The notes under the pieces are model-generated. The model ran no database searches, was not told the origin of the DNA, and saw only the letters and a list, made by a program, of their open reading frames with translations. Below, one piece after another: positions 12,153 through 25,869 of a stretch of 64,000 bases of DNA. Every line of letters begins with the position of its first letter. Position 1 is the stretch's first letter. The position numbers and the translations under genes were made by a program. The DNA is taken from NCBI GenBank assembly GCA_001179505.1, contig CDMY01000493.1:1591-65590 (forward strand). The letters are read 5' to 3'. Origin of the DNA: Vitrella brassicaformis CCMP3155 (lineage: Eukaryota; Protista; Chromerida).

Positions 12153-13321
12153 GATTGATCGCTTGGTACTGAATCTGCCCGGCTCCAGCTCTACGGCTAC
12201 AGGCTCGACCCGCAAACAATCGCCCCAATCCGGCCTTTCTGTCTGCTTGCTGACCACTCTGATGTCGGCTGCCATCTGTCTGTGTCTGCAGTGCCTGAGG
12301 CTTTACGCGGTAGCGATGCCGCCGGCGAGTTTGGCATTGAGTGCGCCAGGCCGCTGCTCATGGGGCCTTGACGACTACTGCAACCTGACGACTTGGGCGT
12401 CCGTCCATGTGTTGCTTCGGGTGTGAACTGAGGAGGACAGCTCGCCAGACAACTACCACCTCAGCCTGATCTGGTTGATGGCTTCACACACACGCAGGCC
12501 GCCTGACTATTTCACATGTGCGGATCTGCCATCAAGTAGGGGCGGGAAAGGAACGGATGTGTAGTGTAGTGTGAAACACGAAGGTTTTTCGTTTGTATAT
12601 TATGTGCGGCCCATCCTGCCTCTCTGTGTGTGACTGACTCTCTCGACTGATGGGTGTTCTTAGTTTGTCGACCAGTGAGCCGGTCTTCCTTGGTTGGTGT
12701 GGTGTGTGGTGTGTGTGGGACTCGGCGAGTGAATGAGTGCACACATGGCATCCGGCGGCCGGCCGTGACGACAAAGTGAAGGATGTCTGTGGGGTGTGAT
12801 TGACGTCTGTGTGATGTGAGGGTGAGGTCAAGTGACAGACAGACAGACGGGCAGCCCTACACGTGTGGACATCGTCGAATGGAATGGGTGAAGGCATGCA
12901 TCATTATTGTGCAAGCTTGACTGATATTGAGTCGGTTGACACACATGTCAAGAGTCACGCACATGCACCACACACACGCGCCACTCTGTCTGTATTTCTG
13001 CCGACTCAACCAACCACTCATTCATTCACTCATTCACTCAGTCCACCGTTGTGTCAATGAAGGCGTCCCACACCAACCACACAACGAGGGAGAGAGAGCA
13101 CCAAACCGTCTCGCATCCATCCATCCGTCCATCACAATCAAACCATTACCCATACCATTCCCATACACACATCAACGTCGACAACCAAAGCGAGACGGAT
13201 GGCGGCCGTCGCGAAAACATCCGCGGAAGCCTCCAATCGCCTGTCTGTGGCTGTCTGTGTCGGTGTGCTGTGTGGTGCATGGCATCGATCCATGGGTGTC
13301 TGTTTGTCTGTGTGTGTCAGG

Positions 13322-13569
13322 TCATCTGAACTGCGGCCTCTGCTGGTAGCCGCCGCCGGGTCTGGGGCCCTGGCCCTGCTGAGTGGTCGAGATGATGTGG
13401 ATGTTGGGCAGATCCATCTTCAACTCCCTAGCGAGGGACGGACAGAGGGACGGAGGGACACACCAAGAAGACCGTCACCATGTGGATGAATGGATGGATG
13501 GATGGAAGGATTGCCCTATCGGCGGATCTGTCTGCCTGTCTGTCTGTCTGTCTGTGGGCCTGTGTGTGC

Positions 13570-13601
<32 letters not shown>

Positions 13602-14175
13602 CCCTTCCTCCCTCTCTACATACTTGAGCATTTCCTTGGTGTCTGCGTCGACGTGGATGGAGTCGGTCTCGACCTCTGACCGCTCGGGGATGAACTCCAT
13701 CCGCCGCTCCCGCTCCTCCTCCTGGAGCTTCAAAGAGATGCCTCGCACGGGTCCCTTCTGGATGCGCTTCATCAAATGCTAACACACACACACACACATG
13801 GCAGATATCAGCAAAGCGAGGCTCTCGTATGGTGTGGCGGCTGGATTGGGTGTGGTCGTTCGTACAGTGACGAAGCCGGCGATTTTGTTCCTGAGTCGCT
13901 TGGAGGGGATGATGCCCACCTCCTCCGAGATCTTCTTGTTGATCTGGAAGTCCAGCGTCAGCCTACACACACGCACACGGTAGATCTGTCATCTGCGGCG
14001 GCGGGTGCGTGTCTGTGTGTGTGCTCACTTGGAGTAGTACTTCTCCACTATCATCCGCGCGGCCCTCTTGACCGTCTTGGTGCGCACACGACCCTGACAC
14101 ACACAACCAACACACAGCAGACGACAAACGGCGAGATTCGGACTCGCTGCAGGCTGCGTGCCTGTGGCTCACCAT
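13322..14175 (-). CDS. RPS17: 40S ribosomal protein S17
   Basis: M|[22 protein letters not shown]|[32 protein letters not shown]|[27 protein letters not shown]...; the first coding exon is ATG only. Confidence 0.98.
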
Positions 14176-14222
14176 GGTGGTTCACACACAGGCGTTGCTG
14201 CGTTGGCGCGTCGATGCCAAAT

Positions 14223-14253
14223 TGCGAGCTCAGCCGCGCCTCAGTTGCGAGCT
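14223..14253. promoter_or_regulatory. Two copies of the candidate upstream element TGCGAGCT in the RPS17/App1-like divergent promoter
   Basis: Exact 8-mers at 14223 and 14246. The same motif recurs upstream of other genes (see findings). Confidence 0.45.
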
Positions 14254-14378
14254 AAAGCTCAGAGGGAGATCTGCAAGCGAAGAAAGAAAAGGAAAATAGA
14301 ACAGCTGGAGCGTTTGTAGACGACGTGATTTGATAAGATGGAGGTGAACTTGAGTTGATCGGAGATTGCCCTTCCGCG

Positions 14379-16186
14379 ATGGTGCACTGCTCATCGTCGA
14401 GCCTCAGGCTGACCCTGTCGACAGGCATGTCCTTCATGCACTCGTTCGTGCTGCTGCTGGCCCAGGTGCCCGCCACCAACGTGCCCCGGTGCCCGCCGGC
14501 CTTTCTGGTGCCCTGGTGGGAGAAGGGCGCTCTGCGGCAGAATGGCAGCGCTTCGCGGCAGTGGAACAACGTGCAGGTGGCACACACACATGACATAACC
14601 ATACACACAAACATACATACAAAGAGGAAACGGTGTTGTTGTTTGGTGTGTATTGACTGTGTGTGTGTGGCTGTGCAGGTGGTGGTGGATGTTGACGACA
14701 CCATCAAGTCCAGCGGCGGATGGCGGATTCTCAACATTCCCATCGGCGGCATCGACACACAGTGAGAGAGGAGAGGACCCACAAGGAGATCTCGAGGGCA
14801 GAGGGAAGGAAATGATGCCTGCCTGTCTGTCTGCCTGTAGGTATGACCGTGGCGTCTTCTACCCCGGTGCATCCCAGTTTGTGTTTGAGCTGGCGACCCA
14901 CCAGCCGCGGCCGTCCAGCCCGCCTCGAAAAATCGGCAACAGTGTCAAGCCCCTGCCCCTCGCTGTCCTCACCGCCCGCATTCCCCAGGTGCCCATCAAG
15001 CGCACCTCCACTGTCTTCCGGCGGTTCAGGGAGATTGCCAATGAAAACAACTATGCCGAGTGGGGAATCGACCTCAGAAATGGGTGCGTGACGGAGTGGT
15101 GGGACAGACTGATGGGCGATGGATGGATGGATGGATTGTGTGTCAGTGTGTTGTATTCGACGCTGAAGCAGTGGGTGTTTCAGTGGACCAAGGGGGACCG
15201 TAAGTTTGAGAACTTCGAGCTCCTCAAACAGAGACGGAGGCGGCAGTTTGGACACGACAAAGTCAAGTGAGTCAGGATTGACCCATTGCAGCATGGAGCA
15301 GACACACGGATATTCAGACAGACAACCCCTTTTCTCTCTCTGTGCGCTGTGGTTTGGTGTGGTGTGGTGTAGGTATGTGTGGGTGGGCGACACGGGCGAG
15401 ATGGACAGAGAGGCCGGCGAGATGATGGCCAGGAAGCACCCCGAGAGCATCCTGTAAGCATTTCAATGACAGCAAACATCCATCCATCCATCCACCCACC
15501 ACCCATCCATCCATCCAATCAATGAATGAGTGTGTGTTCGCCTGTCGCCGCGCTGTTCAGTGCCGTTTTTCTGCATTATGTGTCCGAGCGACACCATCTG
15601 CCCGCCGAGCTGCCCGAAGACTACTCAGTCAACGGCACTCCCATCTACTTCTTCAGGTGCCCTCCCACCACACACACACACATATCCCATCCACCCCTCC
15701 CCATGTGTGTGTATGTGTGTGTGTAGGACTTACATCGGTGCGGCCAGCAAGGCGGCTGCCAGCAGCCTGATCAGCGGCGACTCCTTGGTGCGTGTGGTCA
15801 ACCGTGCGGTCAAGGACCTCGACCGCATGAACGTCAGGGCCACCTCTTCCAAGTGGAGGGACCTCAGAATGGACTTCGAGGTAAGCACACACCATTCCCT
15901 TCCTCCCACCCTGTCTGTGTGTGTGTGTGTGTGTGTGTGTCAGGAGGCCGAGCGGTTGCTGGGCCCGTGGCGGAAGTTCAGAGACCCCGCATGGCTGGAA
16001 GCCAAGAAGGCGCTTGAAGACAAGTTCAACCCCACAGTGCTCGCAGACAAGCAGCGGAAAGGCAGCAGCAGTGGGTCAAGGACTTATCGACCTGTGTCAG
16101 CACAGCAACCGCCCCCACCCCCTCCCCCTCAGCAGCCGCCACGGCCACAGCAGCAAGGCGCTGCCTTCGCCTTCGTGTTCGAGTGA
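14379..16186 (+). CDS. HAD-superfamily App1-like (DUF2183-type) phosphatidate phosphatase homolog with an N-terminal targeting leader
   Basis: VVVDVDDTIKSSGG (DxDxT motif), FYPGASQF, LTAR and YVWVGDTGEMD (App1-type GDxGExD motif). The hydrophobic leader is followed by PAFLVP. Confidence 0.75.
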
Positions 16187-17066
16187 TGATTCGTATCTTG
16201 ATGGTTGATGTGCGGCCGAATGTGTCTGAGTGATGTGCTGTTGTGTTGGGAGGCTTTTTGGTCAGCCAGTCAAGTCTGGTGTGTGTTACTTAGTCAGTTA
16301 GCCCTTCCTTCTCGCTCGCAAAGATGGCCTTTTTGTGTCTGGTGGGCGGTGGGCGGCGGGGCGGCTGGTGGCAAGAGGTATTTGTTTGTTGTCCCGGCCG
16401 TGCGAGGAGGGAAAAGAAGAGAGCGGCTGTGTGAATGAATGGAGAGCCTGAGAGGCTCAGTTTTGCCTTCTTGGTTGCAGATACCTGCCGGTGGGTACCT
16501 AGATTGACTGATTGGCGAGAATGAGATGGATGGATGGATGCGTGTGGGTTCACGTGGGTTTTGGCATATCCACTGTTAGAAGAATGCACGATTGCCGTGG
16601 CTGATCGATCGATCGGTTCAAAACAGGCCGGTCTGTCTGTCTGCACCGCGACACGAATGCACTCACGCGTTACCACCTACCTACCGAGAGCACCTCACTC
16701 ACACAACACTCACGCTCACGCCACACACACACACACCACACACATGGTTCGATTCAGGCACGCTTTGCGCGTGGATGCGTAGCAGATGGATCCGGCCGGC
16801 CGGCCAGCCAGCCACACTAAAAAGATAACAGACAGGCACATTGATTCGTTCATTCTTTCCGTCCCATGGCCACAGCGTCCGTCCGTCTAGGCAGTCCGCC
16901 CCGCCCCGCCCGCCGCCCATTGGGGCATCACTCAATCAACCGACCAACCAAGCAGCCCACCGGAGAGAACAGGCAGATAGATAAAGTCCCCTCCCTCCCT
17001 CCTCCCTCGGCGTGTCTGTCTGAGTGAGTGTGCCTTGATCGGTCTGATCTGATCGGTCTATCTAGA

Positions 17067-17904
<838 letters not shown>

Positions 17905-17927
17905 TCAAGGATCGTTAGGGCAGGGTC

Positions 17928-20900
17928 GATGACAGAAATCGCCTTTGGCAGTCCCCTCTCGGTGATCCGTCGTCGGCTTCTGGTCACCCATAGCAGCCTG
18001 AAGAGTGTGGAGGACGACTGTGACACCCGGCTGTCACGTTAGGTGGCAGGGACGGGCGCTCTGGAGCCGTCGACGCCTCAAGGTGGTGAAATGGGTGACG
18101 GCGAGAGCGGTGGGGGCTCAGCAGACGACGACCCCTCCGCCGTATGTCACTTCGAGCGCCTGGGGCAGCCGGCCGATTGCCTGTGCTTGGTCTTCCTCAC
18201 TGCAAGGTGCGCGCGATATTGACGAATAACAACTCCACACACAAAGGAAAGGCCCCAATATGGGTGTAATTGCGTGTGTGTGCGTGTGTGTGTATGAGTG
18301 TGTTCAGGGAGTTGGGTCGGATGTGCCGGACGTCACGCGCCTTCTGCCATGGGATAGTCCCCGGTGCGTCGGAGCTCATCATCAGCCTCAAGTACGGCTA
18401 CGCAGCGGCCGACCTTCCCTCCCCTGAGGCACTCCGCACCACTCGGGCCGCGACCACGATCCTCCCCCTCTCATTTGCGTTTCCCTGCCCATCGCCCTCT
18501 CGCCAGTCGCTGCTGACACTGCTGCCGGCGTCGTTGCGTGGGGCTGGAGGTGGTTCGGTGTGTGTGGATGGCACCAGCAGCACCAGCAGCAGCAGCGGCA
18601 ACGGGAATAGCAATAGCACTGGTCGGCCGGCTGTGGCTGAGGCGGCGGTATCTTTGTGTCGGCTGAGATTTTTGGAGTACTGCCACACAAGGCAGCCCAC
18701 ACTGCAGGGTCAGTCAGTGACAGTGACTTTTAGCTTAGCTAGCTGAGCTGGTGTGATTGAGTGGCAACGGTCCGTTCCGTGTGCCGTTGATTGTATGTCC
18801 GTGTGTGTGTGTGTGTCTGTGTGTGCAGGGGGGTTGAACTATTCGGTGTTGGTTGACGGCAGCCGAGGTCGTGTGCTGAGTTTCGGCGACGGTGCGTGCG
18901 GCAAGCTGGGGCTGGGCGACAGAGTCGACCGCACAAGACCCACACACATCGGTATGTGCACACACACGTAGCCAACCGACCAACCAACCAAGGGCAGCAT
19001 TGTCAACGAGTGTCATGACGCTCTCTCTCTCTCTCTCTCTGTCTTTCCGCTTGTCCAGAGAGGTTTGGTTCTCGTACTGATGGTGGTGCCGGTGACGGTA
19101 GTGTTGGTGTCGGTGTCGTCGACGAGTGTGTGGGCATCAGCTGCGGCGACTTCAACACGGCAGCCCTCACAAAGGACGGACGGCTGTTCACCTGGGGATA
19201 CGACTGCACAGAGAAAAGTACACACACACACACACACAGAGGCACACCAAAGACAAAACCGACCATGCCATCTGTGACAGCAGATCGTGCAAGCGGCCCC
19301 TTGTACGCCGACCACCTTGCCCCAGTGCCTGTATCGCTCCCCCGCCCCCAGCCTGGCATGATGACCACCGCCACCATTACCCAGGTGGCGTGTGGCGGCG
19401 GGCACACCCTCATGGTGTCGGCCGACGGGCGGGCCTGGAGTTTCGGGTGCGGCGTGGACGGACAGCTGGGGCTCAACGAGCGGGCCGACAAGCTCACACC
19501 ACAGCTCGTACACGTACCCGCTGCTGCAGATGCCGCTGCTGCTGCCGCCGGTGATGAGAGTGGCGAAGTGCAGCAGGGGAATGGGCGGCAGAGAGTGGTG
19601 CAGGTGAGTGACTGAGTGAGTGAATGGGGCAGAGAGCGCAACACAGAGACGGGCGGATGTGTCGGTGTGTCATGCATGTGTGTGGTGTGTGTCGTGTGTG
19701 CATGTTTTTGTGTGTGGGTGACAGGTTGCGGCCGGTCGTCGGCACAGTTTGCTGCTGACGCTGGTTGGTGAGGTGTACAGCTTCGGCGAGGGGTCGCACG
19801 GCCGACTCGGACTGGGACACAGGCGAGACGCACTCATTCCCACGCGCATTCGACACATACGCGGTGCGCACTCACTCCCAAGCCCGGCCAGACACACGAA
19901 CACCCATTCAATGTGTGTGATGTGTGTCTGCTGCATCAGACACCAGTGGCACCTCGACCCCCAGCAGTGCGTCAGCGTCGAGTGTGCCGACGTCGGCCCT
20001 GTCGCCCTTTGTGTCCATCGCAGCCGGCGGTTTCCACAGCGCCTTCATCGACTACGAGGGCCACATGTACACATGCGGCAGGGGCAACTATGGCTGCCTC
20101 GGACACGGAGGCGCCGAAGAGGTCAGTCCAGTCAGTGACCAACCCCCCATACACACAACACACGTGTCCTCCTTGTGTGTGTGTGTGTCAGGATGAGCTG
20201 TGTCCGCGGCATGTGGTCTCCCTGCGGCACACCCCCATTGCCACAGCGGCCCTGGGCGCCCACCACACGTTGGCCCTCACACGTGCCCGGCAGGTCTTTG
20301 CGTGGGGTCAGGGCGGCTTCGGGCGGCTGGGGCTCGGCGAGGGCGCCACCGACACTGTGCTGCCGCAATTGATTCGGGCGCTGCGGGGAACGGTACATAT
20401 ACCGTGGGAAGTGCGTGTGTGGGCGCCATCACGATTGTGTGTTGTGTTGGGTGCAGCGTGTGGTTGAGATAGCCGCTGGGGACTATCACTCCCTGGCCAA
20501 GACGGAGCAAGGCCGGGTGAGCAAGCGAGATGTTATGACACTTAACACACAGATAGGCGCCTTGTGTTGCTTCATCTCATCTGGTATGGTATGGTGTGGG
20601 TCGTGTGTCAGGTGTACACGTGGGGTAGGGGCTCTGAGGGCGAGCTCGGCCACAACGACGCCAACAACGAAGACCAGTATACACCCAGGTACACACAAAC
20701 AACACAACACAACACAGCCGCAAAACCGCACATGCCATTCATTCCCTCTCATTCATTCACAATAATCATCCTCAGGCTCCTGCGTCTGTCCGCCCCCGCC
20801 CCCTCCCAGCACCACCCCCGCTCCCGACGCAAATCGTCATCGGCCACCACCACCAGCGAGCCATCCAGCAACAGCAAGCAGGCCCCCGTCTCCCCACCCA

Positions 20901-21460
20901 CCCCCCTCTACCCCCTCATCTCTCCCAACGGCGAGCCCTCCACAGCCATGCGGCTGCCGCAGTCGCCCTCACTGATAATGGGCTCGCCGCTGACGTGTAA
21001 GAAGCGCATGCCCAGAGACCCTCAGAGCAGCGACCACGATGGCGCATCCGAGGGCCCATCCCGTCCCTTCTTCTCGCCGCCATGGAAGCGGCCAGAGAGG
21101 GAGGCGGTGCCGCCACCGGCCTCGCCATTGCCGGCGCTGCAGCAGGAAGCGCCAGACTCCCCGGGTGTGGGTGTGGGTGGGGATGAGGGCGGGCAGCCGT
21201 GGAAGCTGCCCCCGCACCCCCACGCTGCTGCTGGCGCCTCTGGGTCGTCTTATTTTGGTATCAGTAGTCTCTTTGCGGGGGTGCTGGGGCGGGGGTTTGG
21301 GAAGAGAGAGAGTGAGGGTGACAGTGGTGCCAGGGAGGGAGAGGTGGGGAGGGACGTTGTCCTTGTAGAGGGGAACGGTATCGGTGAGAGGGCAGGGGAC
21401 GATGGTGACGGTGAGGGTGACCTTGATCGCAGCCCGCGAGTGTGTCTGTGTCACCACTAG
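17928..21460 (+). CDS. RCC1-repeat protein with a possible N-terminal F-box-like motif (start approximate)
   Basis: About 7 RCC1 repeats, e.g. VACGGGHTLMVSADGRAWSFGCGVDGQLGL, FGEGSHGRLGLG, IAAGGFHSAFI..TCGRGNYGCLGHG and WGRGSEGELGH. CLVFLTAR|ELGRMCRTSRAF is F-box-like. Confidence 0.88.
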
Positions 21461-22907
21461 CTCGTTGTTGCCGGACAGACGGACAGACGGACAGACGGAC
21501 GGGCGATACGTGAGTGACTAGTCAGATAGGCAGTCAGGTAATTGTATTGTCATTGGTGTTGGTGCTGGTCTTTTTAACACACACACACACACATCCACTC
21601 AGTCGTGGCATGTTCGTGTTGTGCCAATAATACAACAAGCGTAGATACAGCATAGCATACACAGTCGTGGATACTTTCTTCTCTCTCGACACACATCCAT
21701 TCACACACACACTATCGGTGTGTTGTGTTGTTTGCTGTGTACATAGTAGCCGTGTGCATATTACAGGGAGGGAGGCGCGGGGGGAGGGATGGGGGGGCAC
21801 AATGGCAGAATGGCTGGCACACACATGTGTGTCCTGTGTAAGCACTCGAGGCACTCGCTGAGAGCTCTGTCTCACTGGACGATGGATGCTCGATCCCACT
21901 CTTTTGGGTCGCCTGTGATGATTTCTTGCCCGTCTCACGGTGTCTTTTGATCCCAGAGCATCTCCTCCATTCTTGCCGCTTGTGCAACTGAGCGGCGAGG
22001 ACCGAGAGGTGGCTGTGGACCAAAAGGACACCGTGACGGCAAGGATACATCAGGCAATTGTGAGATGAGGACGGGGGAAGAACTGTCGACGGTAATGTCA
22101 TTGGATGGATGGATGCGGGACCTCCTGGATGCATGATCTGTTTCACTGCTGTCTGTCCGTCTCTCTGCGTGTCGTCCGGGTGGATGAGATGCGCTGCCTG
22201 TTCCCGTTGACAGGGGAATGGGCAGTCCCTCGACGCCAGCCGGGCTACACGCCGAGAGACAGACAGCAGGGAAGAGCTGACGATGATGTGTGCTATGCCC
22301 CTCTCAAGCCACCACATGAGTGTGCTGTTGCTGCCTGTCTGGGTAAGTATTACGTGTAGCGAGTGCGTAATCGTATATACTCACACAAAGACCAACACAT
22401 GCATGTGTAACATGCTGCTGCAACTATTACACAGTAGGGGGTCGATCCAACCAATCGGTGCATATTTTCCTCGCGAGACCGAGTTGGATCGACCCCTCCC
22501 CCCTCCCACACACACCTTCTCTTCGCCTGAGTCAGACAGACAGAATTCGTAAGTCAGGGGCCGGGGGCCTTCCCTGCCCGTGTGCCCTGTGCTGTGCTGT
22601 GTTCGGTGTACAGTCAAAGCCACCCATACATTCACTCTAAGATTCATTCAGTCAAGGGCCGATCTCGCATACGTGTGTATGCGTGTGTGTGTGTCGTGTG
22701 TGGATGCGACCACTTTTTCAACTGACGGTGGGTGAGGTGGGCACATTACACATGTGTTTGTATGTGTGTGTGGGTGCCCCGAGTACGTGTGTGGACAAAC
22801 ACATTGACTAGATGGCTGAAACCCTCCAGTGCCAAAAAACAGTAACGTACACAGAACAGCAAATGCCTCAACACACACACATCACACACAGATACCTCAA
22901 GGAATAG

Positions 22908-25765
22908 CTAGTGTAGTACATGCAGGTCATGCTGCTGCCTGAGCCTTCTCAGGTAGTGTAGCAGCAGCTGCCCCACCCTCTCTAGCGAGTACCTCTCCAC
23001 CATCACCGCACGACCCCTCTCGCCCATGCGCCCGTAGCCAACCACATCGCTCTCAGACAATGACAGCATCTCCTGCACACATATCAACCCACACACACGA
23101 CCTCACATAAGTACATGTCTCTCTCTCCCTATTTCTCTGTTGCTCACCCTCAGTCGTGTCTTGAGGCTTTCCCTGTCGACCTCAGCCCATCTGTGTTCCT
23201 TGTAGGGCCCACTGTTGATCTGGCTAAGACCGCTGAGGGCCACCTCCATGGCACACTCACTGGTGAGGTACGCCGAGGGGCCGCCCCAGAAGTGCGTTAT
23301 CACCCGCCGCTGCATCGACAGCGACTCAACCAGTGGGCGGCCCCACCCCTCCCCCCTGCACACACACACACACAGAGAGAGAGAGGACGAGAGACAGAGA
23401 TACCATGCACCAGAAACCATTCACACGGCCTTCTCGTCTGTGGGTTAGCCACCGTGCCGTATGGACAAGGGCGGTGCTGATTGTGCCATAGAGCGCCCTC
23501 AGCTGCCGGTCGCTGACGCGGTTGACAAACACTACCGACGGCAGCCATGCGGACAAATCGCCCGAAGACGACTGCGCCGTCAGCTTCCTCTCAATCAGCG
23601 GCTGGTAGGCCGCATAGTGCTGGTCGACGGCACGCAGAGGCTCGCTGTCGGGGTGGTTGCCGAATAGGTTGGCGACCACCACCAGACAGATGTCGCCGGG
23701 CCTGATGGCGGCCGTGGTGTTGCCTGTGGTGTTTGCTGATGCGAAGGCGAAGGCCTCGATAAAGGCGGGGATCATCAGGTCGTAGGCCTTTCTCGGCTCC
23801 CACTTGCCCACAGCCAGGAAAACCTTCCTGCAGCTGCCAGAACTCATGGGCACGCGAGCGCCCTCGCCCTCAGTCTGCACCTCCTCCCTCTCCACCAAGC
23901 TCTCTCCCTTGTCCTCGCGCACGACGCCATTTTCCTGTCCACGCCCGCCGAAGGCAGTCTCCTTCTCTGCATGGTACTCGACATAGGTGTCTTCGTCCTC
24001 GCTGAACGGCGACACAGGCGATGGTGGCTGACGAGAGATGGAGCCGTTGGCGTGCACCAGGAGAGACATGACGTCCACCAGGCTCTGCTGTGTGTGGTTG
24101 GCGGAGGGGCGGACTGTCTGGGAAAGGGAAATAAGAGAGGGGGCGGATCCTCCTGCTGCTGCTGCTCCTGCTGCTGCTGGGGGGTGGCGGGGGGTAAGAG
24201 GGAGAGGAAGCGCCACTTGCCGGCTCTTCCTGGCATCCTGTTCTGCTCGCAGCCTGACCAACAAAAGATACACAGGAGTGAGCGTAACAGATGCAAGAGA
24301 TGGAATCCCGCCTGCTCACCTTTCTACCAGTTTCCGCGTATCTGCAATGTCATCATCAGTGACTCTCCCCGGGTCCCAGAAGGTGGTGTCCACCTGCTTC
24401 AACAAATGGACACTCTGGCGGCTGCAGCTCCACGAGCGACGCGCAAAAGCAGCGCGACCACATCGCGCTTACCCCCTCGGGAAGGACCTGTATGCGGGAC
24501 AGTGGCACCCCCGCCGCCGCAAACACACTCGCACTCCAGTTGGTCGGCACCCACAGCTCTTGCAGGTCACGGAGACGGTCCAGCCAGTCGATGGGCACAC
24601 GATCAGTCTCAAACATGGTCCTGCAGGCGCACACACAGAGAAGAAGAGACGGATTGCGTGCACGCGTCGTGTTCGTATGGACCGGCCGACAATGATGGTG
24701 TCGGGATCAGAGGTCGAGTGGGCTCGGTGGGCATGGTGCGAGAGGGAAAAGGCGCTTCAGAGCCACTGGGCTGTCTCGCCGGGACACCCATGCGGGCGGC
24801 TGAGAGTGGCAGATAACAATGGCAGGGATTGAGAGATCAGTCACGGACGTCACGGGGGAGCCGCCTGGCCCGTCCCTCTGTGTCTGCAAGTGCCAGCCGC
24901 CGTCATAGCTCCATGGCCGATGGGCGAACGGGCCGCCACCCACTAGACGGACGAACACCACAACATACACAACATGCAGACGGATCTAGTGTCTGTCTCA
25001 CACCGAGTGTTCTCCAGACGTCGTCAATAGTGGTGGGAGTTGTGTCCCGTCTCCTCTCCTCCCTCATCTGCAGGTCGCCTGGCCGCAGCACCAGGGGCGC
25101 CAGCCGTGTGAGCGACGATTTGAGGCTCTCGACGTAAGCTCGGTCGACGGCGCCGCCGTGCTGCAGGATGGAGAGGTCGAACTCTTGTGTGAAGGCTGGC
25201 TGGTACAGCAGGGACAGCACGTAGGAAGTGGCCTCTGTGCAATAGCCTCCCCCTGAACACATCCATGACCAGAATGAATGAATGAATGACTCCCTCCCTC
25301 CCTCCCTCTATATAAGTAGGCGTCATTTGTTTTCTAACCTGTGAAGAACGGTGCGTGCCAGTAGACCTGGCACTTCGTCGACGCCGTGCCGCCCCTGCCG
25401 CGAGCGTCCAATGACATCCGATGGCCTCTCGCCCTGTCCAAAGCCACCATCAGCACTGCAAAGTGTGCCACGTTCTGCCACTTTCTGCCACGTGGTGGGT
25501 CCTCTCTTTTCCTTCGTCGTGGTGGGCCTGGTGGTGTTGGGGCAGTAGCATCAGGTTCTGCTTCCAGTGTGTGTGCAGAGGAGCATGGCGGCGGATGTGT
25601 GGCTTGGCACTGTGCGGTAACGCACACAGAAGAGGGTTTGCAGTGGTGCAAGGAAGAGGGGATGTGGGCCTCTCTTCTTGACGCCATGTCGGGGCTGCTT
25701 CTGCTGAAGTTCAGCGCATGCATCGCTCCGAGTCTTAACGCTGGGGGTGACATGGGGGCTCGCAT
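22908..25765 (-). CDS. GT-B fold family 4 (Glyco_trans_1) glycosyltransferase (start approximate)
   Basis: VYWHAPFFT|GGGYCTEA, TMFETDRVP..ELWVPT, FLAVGKWEPRKAYDLMIPAF and RGEGWGRPLVESLSM (GT4 E-x7-E motif). Confidence 0.88.
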
Positions 25766-25869
25766 GCATGCCAGTTGAGACTGCCAGTGGCCATGTCCAC
25801 GTCTTTTGCTTGTTTGCCCAGTTGGGCCTCGTCGTTCTTGTCTCTTCCCTCCTCACGAAGCTCGCTAGA

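Noticed and set aside
13322-14175. Intronic snoRNA in RPS17
   Set aside because: No convincing C/D or H/ACA boxes found in the short introns.
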